Part shown: positions 1 through 12,500 of the stretch, piece by piece
How the letters are laid out: each line of letters begins with the position of its first letter
Numbering within the stretch: position 1 is the first letter of the stretch
From: Auanema rhodensis
Lineage: Eukaryota > Animalia > Nematoda
Assembly: GCA_964057225.1 (NCBI GenBank)
Contig: OZ059894.1
Coordinates: forward strand, 3,906,001-3,970,000
Direction of reading: 5' to 3'
DNA length: 64,000 bases
The notes under the pieces: generated by a model
What the model was told of the DNA's origin: nothing
The model's input: the letters and a program-made list of their open reading frames with translations, nothing else
Databases searched by the model: none
Translations under genes and position numbers: made by a program

Positions 1-102
1 CTCGATTTTCACCCTGAAGGAATAATTTTTTCGTTGAATAACATTGTCCATCGTCTTTGCCTTGAAAAATGGAATCTAAAAACATCTACTTTTTGCTAAA
101 TT

Positions 103-137
103 ATTTTGAAATTTTTCGAAAAAATTTTTGTCAAAAT
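103..137. other. Imperfect dyad symmetry (in each monomer)
   Basis: Perfect palindrome TTTTTCGAAAAA at 112-123, flanked by ATTTTGA (103-109) and its reverse complement TCAAAAT (131-137). Confidence 0.85.
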
Positions 138-150
138 GTTTTTGGAAGCA

Positions 151-178
151 ATGTTGAGTGTACATGGAAACTCAACAT
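151..178. other. Inverted repeat, 9-bp stem / 10-nt loop (in each monomer)
   Basis: ATGTTGAGT (151-159) is the exact reverse complement of ACTCAACAT (170-178). Confidence 0.9.
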
Positions 179-261
179 ACACTAATGCATCATTTTTCAA
201 ACGATCATAACTAATTTTTGTATCAAGCGTTTCTCAATGTAGTTTAGTGCATTCGATGCGG

Positions 262-312
262 ATTTTTAAGCTGCGTCGATCTGTGTTATCAGATGTGCGC
301 TAGCTTAAAAAT
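262..312. other. 51-bp interrupted inverted repeat (in each monomer)
   Basis: ATTTTTAAGCT (262-272) pairs with AGCTTAAAAAT (302-312), GCG (273-275) with CGC (298-300), and ATCTG (279-283) with CAGAT (290-294); 6-nt loop TGTTAT. Confidence 0.92.
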
Positions 313-329
313 GCACCGAGATATCAACT

Positions 330-351
330 GATATAAGTTCACACTTATATC
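330..351. other. Inverted repeat, 9-bp stem / 4-nt loop (in non-deleted monomers)
   Basis: GATATAAGT (330-338) pairs with ACTTATATC (343-351), loop TCAC. It overlaps a second dyad, ATATCA-AC-TGATAT (321-334). Confidence 0.9.
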
Positions 352-1404
352 CTCGATTTTCACCCTGAAGGAATAATTTTTTCGTTGAATAACATTGTCC
401 ATCGTCTTTGCCTTGAAAAATGGAATCTAAAAACATCTACTTTTTGCTAAATTATTTTGAAATTTTTCGAAAAAATTTTTGTCAAAATGTTTTTGGAAGC
501 AATGTTGAGTGTACATGGAAACTCAACATACACTAATGCATCATTTTTCAAACGATCATAACTAATTTTTGTATCAAGCGTTTCTCAATGTAGTTTAGTG
601 CATTCGATGCGGATTTTTAAGCTGCGTCGATCTGTGTTATCAGATTTGCGCTAGCTTAAAAATGCACCGAGATATCAACTGATATAAGTTCACACTTATA
701 TCCTCGATTTTCACCCTGAAGGAATAATTTTTTCGTTGAATAACATTGTCCATCGTCTTTGCCTTGAAAAATGGAATCTAAAAACATCTACTTTTTGCTA
801 AATTATTTTGAAATTTTTCGAAAAAATTTTTGTCAAAATGTTTTTGGAAGCAATGTTGAGTGTACATGGAAACTCAACATACACTAATGCATCATTTTTC
901 AAACGATCATAACTAATTTTTGTATCAAGCGTTTCTCAATGTAGTTTAGTGCATTCGATGCGGATTTTTAAGCTGCGTCGATCTGTGTTATCAGATGTGC
1001 GCTAGCTTAAAAATGCACCGAGATATCAACTGATATAAGTTCACACTTATATCCTCGATTTTCACCCTGAAGGAATAATTTTTTCGTTGAATAACATTGT
1101 CCATCGTCTTTGCCATGAAAAAAGGAATCTAAAAACATCTACTTTTCGCTAAATTATTTTGAAATTTTTCGAAAAAATTTTTGTCAAAATGTTTTTGGAA
1201 GCAATGTTGAGTGTACATGGAAACTCAACATACACTAATGCATCATTTTTCAAACGATCATAACTAATTTTTGTATTAAGCGTTTCTCAATGTAGTATAG
1301 TGCATTCGATGCGGATTTTTAAGCTGCGTCGATCTGTGTTATCAGATTTGCGCTAGCTTAAAAATGCACCGAGATATCAACTGATATAAGTTCACACTTA
1401 TATC

Positions 1405-3512
1405 CTCGATTTTCACCCTGAAGGAATAATTTTTTTTGTTGAATAACATTGTCCATCGTCTTTGCCTTGAAAAATGGAATCTAAAAACATCTACTTTTTG
1501 CTAAATTATTTTGAAATTTTTCGAAAAAATTTTTGTCAAAATGTTTTTGGAAGCAATGTTGAGTGTACATGGAAACTCAACATACACTAATGCATCATTT
1601 TTCAAACGATCATAACTAATTTTTGTATCAAGCGTTTCTCAATGTAGTTTAGTGCATTCGATGCGGATTTTTAAGCTGCGTCGATCTGTGTTATCAGATG
1701 TGCGCTAGCTTAAAAATGCACCGAGATATCAACTGATATAAGTTCACACTTATATCCTCGATTTTCACCCTGAAGGAATAATTTTTTCGTTGAATAACAT
1801 TGTCCATCGTCTTTGCCTTGAAAAATGGAATCTAAAAACATCTACTTTTTGCTAAATTATTTTGAAATTTTTCGAAAAAATTTTTGTCAAAATGTTTTTG
1901 GAAGCAATGTTGAGTGTACATGGAAACTCAACATACACTAATGCATCATTTTTCAAACGATCATAACTAATTTTTGTATCAAGCGTTTCTCAATGTAGTT
2001 TAGTGCATTCGATGCGGATTTTTAAGCTGCGTCGATCTGTGTTATCAGATTTGCGCTAGCTTAAAAATGCACCGAGATATCAACTGATATAAGTTCACAC
2101 TTATATCCTCGATTTTCACCCTGAAGGAATAATTTTTTCGTTGAATAACATTGTCCATCGTCTTTGCCTTGAAAAATGAAATCTAAAAACATCTACTTTT
2201 TGCTAAATTATTTTGAAATTTTTCGAAAAAATTTTTGTCAAAATGTTTTTGGAAGCAATGTTGAGTGTACATGGAAACTCAACATACACTAATGCATCAT
2301 TTTTCAAACGATCATAACTAATTTTTGTATCAAGCGTTTCTCAATGTAGTTTAGTGCATTCGATGCGGAATTTTAAGCTGCGTCGATCTGTGTTATCAGA
2401 TGTGCGCTAGCTTAAAAATGCACCGAGATATCAACTGATATAAGTTCACACTTATATCCTCGATTTTCACCCTGAAGGAATAATTTTTTTTGTTGAATAA
2501 CATTGTCCATCGTCTTTGCCTTGAAAAATGGAATCTAAAAACATCTACTTTTTGCTAAATTATTTTGAAATTTTTCGAAAAAATTTTTGTCAAAATGTTT
2601 TTGGAAGCAATGTTGAGTGTACATGGAAACTCAACATACACTAATGCATCATTTTTCAAACGATCATAACTAATTTTTGTATCAAGCGTTTCTCAATGTA
2701 GTTTAGTGCATTCGATGCGGATTTTTAAGCTGCGTCGATCTGTGTTATCAGATGTGCGCTAGCTTAAAAATGCACCGAGATATCAACTGATATAAGTTCA
2801 CACTTATATCCTCGATTTTCACCCTGAAGGAATAATTTTTTCGTTGAATAACATTGTCCATCGTCTTTGCCTTGAAAAATGGAATCTAAAAACATCTACT
2901 TTTTGCTAAATTATTTTGAAATTTTTCGAAAAAATTTTTGTCAAAATGTTTTTGGAAGCAATGTTGAGTGTACATGGAAACTCAACATACACTAATGCAT
3001 CATTTTTCAAACGATCATAACTAATTTTTGTATCAAGCGTTTCTCAATGTAGTTTAGTGCATTCGATGCGGATTTTTAAGCTGCGTCGATCTGTGTTATC
3101 AGATTTGCGCTAGCTTAAAAATGCACCGAGATATCAACTGATATAAGTTCACACTTATATCCTCGATTTTCACCCTGAAGGAATAATTTTTTCGTTGAAT
3201 AACATTGTCCATCGTCTTTGCCTTGAAAAATGAAATCTAAAAACATCTACTTTTTGCTAAATTATTTTGAAATTTTTCGAAAAAATTTTTGTCAAAATGT
3301 TTTTGGAAGCAATGTTGAGTGTACATGGAAACTCAACATACACTAATGCATCATTTTTCAAACGATCATAACTAATTTTTGTATCAAGCGTTTCTCAATG
3401 TAGTTTAGTGCATTCGATGCGGAATTTTAAGCTGCGTCGATCTGTGTTATCAGATGTGCGCTAGCTTAAAAATGCACCGAGATATCAACTGATATAAGTT
3501 CACACTTATATC
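1405..3512. repeat. Tandem 3-monomer higher-order repeat (2 x 1054 bp)
   Basis: M5-7 = M8-10: [T8 tract + G295], [consensus], [G72A + T263A + G295]. Repeated again at 16448-18555. Confidence 0.85.
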
Positions 3513-6500
3513 CTCGATTTTCACCCTGAAGGAATAATTTTTTCGTTGAATAACATTGTCCATCGTCTTTGCCATGAAAAAAGGAATCTAAAAACATCTA
3601 CTTTTCGCTAAATTATTTTGAAATTTTTCGAAAAAATTTTTGTCAAAATGTTTTTGGAAGCAATGTTGAGTGTACATGGAAACTCAACATACACTAATGC
3701 ATCATTTTTCAAACGATCATAACTAATTTTTGTATTAAGCGTTTCTCAATGTAGTATAGTGCATTCGATGCGGATTTTTAAGCTGCGTCGATCTGTGTTA
3801 TCAGATTTGCGCTAGCTTAAAAATGCACCGAGATATCAACTGATATAAGTTCACACTTATATCCTCGATTTTCACCCTGAAGGAATAATTTTTTTTGTTG
3901 AATAACATTGTCCATCGTCTTTGCCTTGAAAAATGGAATCTAAAAACATCTACTTTTTGCTAAATTATTTTGAAATTTTTCGAAAAAATTTTTGTCAAAA
4001 TGTTTTTGGAAGCAATGTTGAGTGTACATGGAAACTCAACATACACTAATGCATCATTTTTCAAACGATCATAACTAATTTTTGTATCAAGCGTTTCTCA
4101 ATGTAGTTTAGTGCATTCGATGCGGATTTTTAAGCTGCGTCGATCTGTGTTATCAGATGTGCGCTAGCTTAAAAATGCACCGAGATATCAACTGATATAA
4201 GTTCACACTTATATCCTCGATTTTCACCCTGAAGGAATAATTTTTTCGTTGAATAACATTGTCCATCGTCTTTGCCTTGAAAAATGAAATCTAAAAACAT
4301 CTACTTTTTGCTAAATTATTTTGAAATTTTTCGAAAAAATTTTTGTCAAAATGTTTTTGGAAGCAATGTTGAGTGTACATGGAAACTCAACATACACTAA
4401 TGCATCATCTTTCAAACGATCATAACTATTTTTTGTATTAAGCGTTCTTCAATGTAGTATAGTGCATTCGATGCGGATTTTTAAGCTGCGTCGATCTGTG
4501 TTATCAGATTTGCGCTAGCTTAAAAATGCACCGAGATATCAACTGATATAAGTTCACACTTATATCCTCGATTTTCACCCTGAAGGAATAATTTTTTCGT
4601 TGAATAACATTGTCCATCGTCTTTGCCTTGAAAAATGGAATCTAAAAACATCTACTTTTTGCTAAATTATTTTGAAATTTTTCGAAAAAATTTTTGTCAA
4701 AATGTTTTTGGAAGCAATGTTGAGTGTACATGGAAACTCAACATACACTAATGCATCATTTTTCAAACGATCATAACTAATTTTTGTATTAAGCGTTTCT
4801 CAATGTAGTATAGTGCATTCGATGCGGATTTTTAAGCTGCGTCGATCTGTGTTATCAGATTTGCGCTAGCTTAAAAATGCACCGAGATATCAACTGATAT
4901 AAGTTCACACTTATATCCTCGATTTTCACCCTGAAGGAATAATTTTTTTTGTTGAATAACATTGTCCATCGTCTTTGCCTTGAAAAATGGAATCTAAAAA
5001 CATCTACTTTTTGCTAAATTATTTTGAAATTTTTCGAAAAAATTTTTGTCAAAATGTTTTTGGAAGCAATGTTGAGTGTACATGGAAACTCAACATACAC
5101 TAATGCATCATTTTTCAAACGATCATAACTAATTTTTGTATCAAGCGTTTCTCAATGTAGTTTAGTGCATTCGATGCGGATTTTTAAGCTGCGTCGATCT
5201 GTGTTATCAGATGTGCGCTAGCTTAAAAATGCACCGAGATATCAACTGATATAAGTTCACACTTATATCCTCGATTTTCACCCTGAAGGAATAATTTTTT
5301 CGTTGAATAACATTGTCCATCGTCTTTGCCTTGAAAAATGAAATCTAAAAACATCTACTTTTTGCTAAATTATTTTGAAATTTTTCGAAAAAATTTTTGT
5401 CAAAATGTTTTTGGAAGCAATGTTGAGTGTACATGGAAACTCAACATACACTAATGCATCATTTTTCAAACGATCATAACTAACTTTGTATTAAGCGTTC
5501 TTCAATGTAGTATAGTGCATTCGATGCGGATTTTTAAGCTGCGTCGATCTGTGTTATCAGATTTGCGCTAGCTTAAAAATGCACCGAGATATCAACTGAT
5601 ATAAGTTCACACTTATATCCTCGATTTTCACCCTGAAGGAATAATTTTTTCGTTGAATAACATTGTCCATCGTCTTTGCCTTGAAAAATGGAATCTAAAA
5701 ACATCTACTTTTTGCTAAATTATTTTGAAATTTTTCGAAAAAATTTTTGTCAAAATGTTTTTGGAAGCAATGTTGAGTGTACATGGAAACTCAACATACA
5801 CTAATGCATCATTTTTCAAACGATCATAACTAATTTTTGTATCAAGCGTTTCTCAATGTAGTTTAGTGCATTCGATGCGGATTTTTAAGCTGCGTCGATC
5901 TGTGTTATCAGATGTGCGCTAGCTTAAAAATGCACCGAGATATCAACTGATATAAGTTCACACTTATATCCTCGATTTTCATCCTGAAGAATTAATTTTT
6001 TCGTTGAATAACATTGTCCATCGTCTTTGCCATGAAAAAAGGAATCTAAAAACATCTACTTTTCGCTAAATTATTTTGAAATTTTTCGAAAAAATTTTTG
6101 TCTAAATGTTTTTGGAAGCAATGTTGAGTGTACATGGAAACTCAACATACACTAATGCATCATTTTTCAAACGATCATAACTAATTTTTGTATCAAGCGT
6201 TTCTCAATGTAGTTTAGTGCGTTCGATGCGGATTTTTAAGCTGCGTCGATCTGTGTTATCAGATTTGCGCTAGCTTAAAAATGCACCGAGATATCAACTG
6301 ATATAAGTTCACACTTATATCCTCGATTTTCACCCTGAAGGAATAATTTTTTCGTTGAATAACATTGTCCATCGTCTTTGCCTTGAAAAATGGAATCTAA
6401 AAACATCTACTTTTTGCTAAATTATTTTGAAATTTTTCGAAAAAATTTTTGTCAAAATGTTTTTGGAAGCAATGTTGAGTGTACATGGAAACTCAACATA

Positions 6501-9500
6501 CACTAATGCATCATTTTTCAAACGATCATAACTAAATTTTGTATCAAGCGTTTCTCAATGTAGTTTAGTGCATTCGATGCGGATTTTTAAGCTGCGTCGA
6601 TCTGTGTTATCAGATTTGCGCTAGCTTAAAAATGCACCGAGATATCAACTGATATAAGTTCACACTTATATCCTCGATTTTCACCCTGAAGGAATGATTT
6701 TTTCGTTGAATAACATTGTCCATCGTCTTTGCCATGAAAAAAGAAATCTAAAAACATCTACTTTTTGCTAAATTATTTTGAAATTTTTCGAAAAAATTTT
6801 TGTCAAAATGTTTTTGGAAGCATTGTTGAGTGTACATGGAAACTCAACATACACTAATGCATCATTTTTCAAACGATCATAACTAATTTTTGTATTAAGC
6901 GTTTCTCAATGTAGTTTAGTGCATTCGATGCGGATTTTTAAGCTGCGTCGATCTGTGTTATCAGATTTGCGCTAGCTTAAAAATGCACCGAGATATCAAC
7001 TGATATAAGTTCACACTTATATCCTCGATTTTCACCCTGAAGGAATAATTTTTTCGTTGAATAACATTGTCCATCGTCTTTGCCTTGAAAAATGGAATCT
7101 AAAAACATCTACTTTTTGCTAAATTATTTTGAAATTTTTCGAAAAAATTTTTGTCAAAATGTTTTTGGAAGCAATGTTGAGTGTACATGGAAACTCAACA
7201 TACACTAATGCATCATTTTTCAAACGATCATAACTAATTTTTGTATCAAGCGTTTCTCAATGTAGTTTAGTGCATTCGATGCGGATTTTTAAGCTGCGTC
7301 GATCTGTGTTATCAGATTTGCGCTAGCTTAAAAATGCACCGAGATATCAACTGATATAAGTTCACACTTATATCCTCGATTTTCACCCTGAAGGAATAAT
7401 TTTTTCGTTGAATAACATTGTCCATCGTCTTTGCCATGAAAAAAGGAATCTAAAAACATCTACTTTTTGCTAAATTATTTTGAAATTTTTCGAAAAAATT
7501 TTTGTCAAAATGTTTTTGGAAGCATTGTTGAGTGTACATGGAAACTCAACATACACTAATGCATCATTTTTCAAACGATCATAACTAATTTTTGTATTAA
7601 GCGTTTCTCAATGTAGTATAGTGCATTCGATGCGGATTTTTAAGCTGCGTCGATCTGTGTTATCAGATTTGCGCTAGCTTAAAAATGCACCGAGATATCA
7701 ACTGATATAAGTTCACACTTATATCCTCGATTTTCACCCTGAAGGAATAATTTTTTCGTTGAATAACATTGTCCATCGTCTTTGCCTTGAAAAATGGAAT
7801 CTAAAAACATCTACTTTTTGCTAAATTATTTTGAAATTTTTCGAAAAAATTTTTGTCAAAATGTTTTTGGAAGCAATGTTGAGTGTACATGGAAACTCAA
7901 CATACACTAATGCATCATTTTTCAAACGATCATAACTAATTTTTGTATCAAGCGTTTCTCAATGTAGTTTAGTGCATTCGATGCGGATTTTTAAGCTGCG
8001 TCGATCTGTGTTATCAGATGTGCGCTAGCTTAAAAATGCACCGAGATATCAACTGATATAAGTTCACACTTATATCCTCGATTTTCACCCTGAAGGAATG
8101 ATTTTTTCGTTGAATAACATTGTCCATCGTCTTTGCCATGAAAAAAGGAATCTAAAAACATCTACTTTTTGCTAAATTATTTTGAAATTTTTCGAAAAAA
8201 TTTTTGTCAAAATGTTTTTGGAAGCATTGTTGAGTGTACATGGAAACTCAACATACACTAATGCATCATTTTTCAAACGATCATAACTAATTTTTGTATT
8301 AAGCGTTTCTCAATGTAGTATAGTGCATTCGATGCGGATTTTTAATCTGCGTCGATCTGTGTTATCAGATTTGCGCTAGCTTAAAAATGCACCGAGATAT
8401 CAACTGATATAAGTTCACACTTATATCCTCGATTTTCACCCTGAAGGAATAATTTTTTCGTTGAATAACATTGTCCATCGTCTTTGCCTTGAAAAATGGA
8501 ATCTAAAAACATCTACTTTTTGCTAAATTATTTTGAAATTTTTCGAAAAAATTTTTGTCAAAATGTTTTTGGAAGCAATGTTGAGTGTACATGGAAACTC
8601 AACATACACTAATGCATCATTTTTCAAACGATCATAACTAATTTTTGTATCAAGCGTTTCTCAATGTAGTTTAGTGCATTCGATGCGGATTTTTAAGCTG
8701 CGTCGATCTGTGTTATCAGATGTGCGCTAGCTTAAAAATGCACCGAGATATCAACTGATATAAGTTCACACTTATATCCTCGATTTTCACCCTGAAGGAA
8801 TAATTTTTTCGTTGAATAACATTGTCCATCGTCTTTGCCATGAAAAAAGGAATCTAAAAACATCTACTTTTCGCTAAATTATTTTGAAATTTTTCGAAAA
8901 AATTTTTGTCAAAATGTTTTTGGAAGCAATGTTGAGTGTACATGGAAACTCAACATACACTAATGCATCATTTTTCAAACGATCATAACTAATTTTTGTA
9001 TCAAGCGTTTCTCAATGTAGTTTAGTGCATTCGATGCGGATTTTTAAGCTGCGTCGATCTGTGTTATCAGATTTGCGCTAGCTTAAAAATGCACCGAGAT
9101 ATCAACTGATATAAGTTCACACTTATATCCTCGATTTTCACCCTGAAGGAATGATTTTTTCGTTGAATAACATTGTCCATCGTCTTTGCCATGAAAAAAG
9201 GAATCTAAAAACATCTACTTTTTGCTAAATTATTTCGAAATTTTTCGAAAAAATTTTTGTCAAAATGTTTTTGGAAGCATTGTTGAGTGTACATGGAAAC
9301 TCAACATACACTAATGCATCATTTTTCAAACGATCATAACTAATTTTTGTATTAAGCGTTTCTCAATGTAGTATAGTGCATTCGATGCGGATTTTTAAGC
9401 TGCGTCGATCTGTGTTATCAGATTTGCGCTAGCTTAAAAATGCACCGAGATATCAACTGATATAAGTTCACACTTATATCCTCGATTTTCACCCTGAAGG

Positions 9501-12500
9501 AATAATTTTTTCGTTGAATAACATTGTCCATCGTCTTTGCCTTGAAAAATGGAATCTAAAAACATCTACTTTTTGCTAAATTATTTTTAAATTTTTCGAA
9601 AAAATTTTTGTCAAAATGTTTTTGGAAGCAATGTTGAGTGTACATGGAAACTCAACATACACTAATGCATCATTTTTCAAACGATCATAACTAATTTTTG
9701 TATCAAGCGTTTCTCAATGTAGTTTAGTGCATTCGATGCGGATTTTTAAGCTGCGTCGATCTGTGTTATCAGATTTGCGCTAGCTTAAAAATGCACCGAG
9801 ATATCAACTGATATAAGTTCACACTTCCTGAAGGAATGATTTTTTCGTTGAATAACATTGTCCATCGTCTTTGCCATGAAAAAAGGAATCTAAAAACATC
9901 TACTTTTCGCTAAATTATTTTGAAATTTTTCGAAAAAATTTTTGTCAAAATGTTTTTGGAAGCATTGTTGAGTGTACATGGAAACTCAACATACACTAAT
10001 GCATCATTTTTCAAACGATCATAACTAATTTTTGTATCAAGCGTTTCTCAATGTAGTTTAGTGCATTCGATGCGGATTTTTAAGCTGCGTCGATCTGTGT
10101 TATCAGATTTGCGCTAGCTTAAAAATGCACCGAGATATCAACTGATATAAGTTCACACTTATATCCTCGATTTTCACCCTGAAGGAATAATTTTTTCGTT
10201 GAATAACATTGTCCATCGTCTTTGCCTTGAAAAATGGAATCTAAAAACATCTACTTTTTGCTAAATTATTTTGAAATTTTTCGAAAAAATTTTTGTCAAA
10301 ATGTTTTTGGAAGCAATGTTGAGTGTACATGGAAACTCAACATACACTAATGCATCATTTTTCAAACGATCATAACTAATTTTTGTATCAAGCGTTTCTC
10401 AATGTAGTTTAGTGCATTCGATGCGGATTTTTAAGCTGCGTCGATCTGTGTTATCAGATTTGCGCTAGCTTAAAAATGCACCGAGATATCAACTGATATA
10501 AGTTCACACTTATATCCTCGATTTTCACCCTGAAGGAATAATTTTTTCGTTGAATAACATTGTCCATCGTCTTTGCCTTGAAAAATGGAATCTAAAAACA
10601 TCTACTTTTTGCTAAATTATTTTTAAATTTTTCGAAAAAATTTTTGTCAAAATGTTTTTGGAAGCAATGTTGAGTGTACATGGAAACTCAACATACACTA
10701 ATGCATCATTTTTCAAACGATCATAACTAATTTTTGTATCAAGCGTTTCTCAATGTAGTTTAGTGCATTCGATGCGGATTTTTAAGCTGCGTCGATCTGT
10801 GTTATCCGATTTGCGCTAGCTTAAAAATGCACCGAGATATCAACTGATATAAGTTCACACTTCCTGAAGGAATGATTTTTTCGTTGAATAACATTGTCCA
10901 TCGTCTTTGCCATGAAAAAAGGAATCTAAAAACATCTACTTTTCGCTAAATTATTTTGAAATTTTTCGAAAAAATTTTTGTCAAAATGTTTTTGGAAGCA
11001 TTGTTGAGTGTACATGGAAACTCAACATACACTAATGCATCATTTTTCAAACGATCATAACTAATTTTTGTATCAAGCGTTTCTCAATGTAGTTTAGTGC
11101 ATTCGATGCGGATTTTTAAGCTGCGTCGATCTGTGTTATCAGATTTGCGCTAGCTTAAAAATGCACCGAGATATCAACTGATATAAGTTCACACTTATAT
11201 CCTCGATTTTCACCCTGAAGGAATAATTTTTTCGTTGAATAACATTGTCCATCGTCTTTGCCTTGAAAAATGGAATCTAAAAACATCTACTTTTTGCTAA
11301 ATTATTTTTAAATTTTTCGAAAAAATTTTTGTCAAAATGTTTTTGGAAGCAATGTTGAGTGTACATGGAAACTCAACATACACTAATGCATCATTTTTCA
11401 AACGATCATAACTAATTTTTGTATCAAGCGTTTCTCAATGTAGTTTAGTGCATTCGATGCGGATTTTTAAGCTGCGTCGATCTGTGTTATCCGATTTGCG
11501 CTAGCTTAAAAATGCACCGAGATATCAACTGATATAAGTTCACACTTCCTGAAGGAATGATTTTTTCGTTGAATAACATTGTCCATCGTCTTTGCCATGA
11601 AAAAAGGAATCTAAAAACATCTACTTTTCGCTAAATTATTTTGAAATTTTTCGAAAAAATTTTTGTCAAAATGTTTTTGGAAGCATTGTTGAGTGTACAT
11701 GGAAACTCAACATACACTAATGCATCATTTTTCAAACGATCATAACTAACTTTGTATTAAGCGTTCTTCAATGTAGTATAGTGCATTCGATGCGGATTTT
11801 TAAGCTGCGTCGATCTGTGTTATCAGATTTGCGCTAGCTTAAAAATGCACCGAGATATCAACTGATATAAGTTCACACTTATATCCTCGATTTTCACCCT
11901 GAAGGAATAATTTTTTCGTTGAATAACATTGTCCATCGTCTTTGCCTTGAAAAATGGAATCTAAAAACATCTACTTTTTGCTAAATTATTTTGAAATTTT
12001 TCGAAAAAATTTTTGTCAAAATGTTTTTGGAAGCAATGTTGAGTGTACATGGAAACTCAACATACACTAATGCATCATTTTTCAAACGATCATAACTAAT
12101 TTTTGTATTAAGCGTTCTTCAATGTAGTATAGTGCATTCGATGCGGATTTTTAAGCTGCGTCGATCTGTGTTATCAGATTTGCGCTAGCTTAAAAATGCA
12201 CCGAGATATCAACTGATATAAGTTCACACTTATATCCTCGATTTTCACCCTGAAGGAATAATTTTTTCGTTGAATAACATTGTCCATCGTCTTTGCCTTG
12301 AAAAATGGAATCTAAAAACATCTACTTTTTGCTAAATTATTTTGAAATTTTTCGAAAAAATTTTTGTCAAAATGTTTTTGGAAGCAATGTTGAGTGTACA
12401 TGGAAACTCAACATACACTAATGCATCATTTTTCAAACGATCATAACTAATTTTTGTATCAAGCGTTTCTCAATGTAGTTTAGTGCATTCGATGCGGATT

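Larger units (their letters stand above)
1..351. repeat. Reference monomer (M1; consensus except G rather than the commoner T at position 295)
   Basis: 113/351 G+C by hand count; many A/T tracts. Palindromic 6-mers: TTCGAA 115-120, TGTACA 159-164, ATGCAT 185-190, GCTAGC 299-304, GATATC 320-325. Confidence 0.97.
1..5913. repeat. Large block duplication, copy 1 (M1-M17)
   Basis: Same ordered string of monomer variants as 15044-20956, including rare ones: T263A in M7/M10, CATCTTT plus ACTATTTT in M13, TAACTTTG in M16. Confidence 0.9.

Noticed and set aside
29-45. CENP-B box-like TTTCGTTGAATAACATT
   Set aside because: Matches TTCG and the central A (5 of 9 essential positions) but entirely lacks the CGGG half.
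136-210. Short ORF MFLEAMLSVHGNSTYTNASFFKRS in each monomer
   Set aside because: Only 24 codons, expected by chance, with no recognisable motif or expression signals.
1-351. Tandem 5S rRNA, tRNA, snRNA or spliced-leader gene unit
   Set aside because: No recognisable 5S, tRNA cloverleaf, Pol III A/B box or spliced-leader sequence by eye. An Rfam/Infernal search would be the definitive test.
1-351. Monomer as an ancient dimer of ~175-bp halves
   Set aside because: No convincing alignment between the halves by eye beyond shared A/T tracts.
262-351. Rho-independent terminators or promoters
   Set aside because: The stems are AT-rich, there is no gene context, and the array looks eukaryotic; a regulatory call is unsupported.
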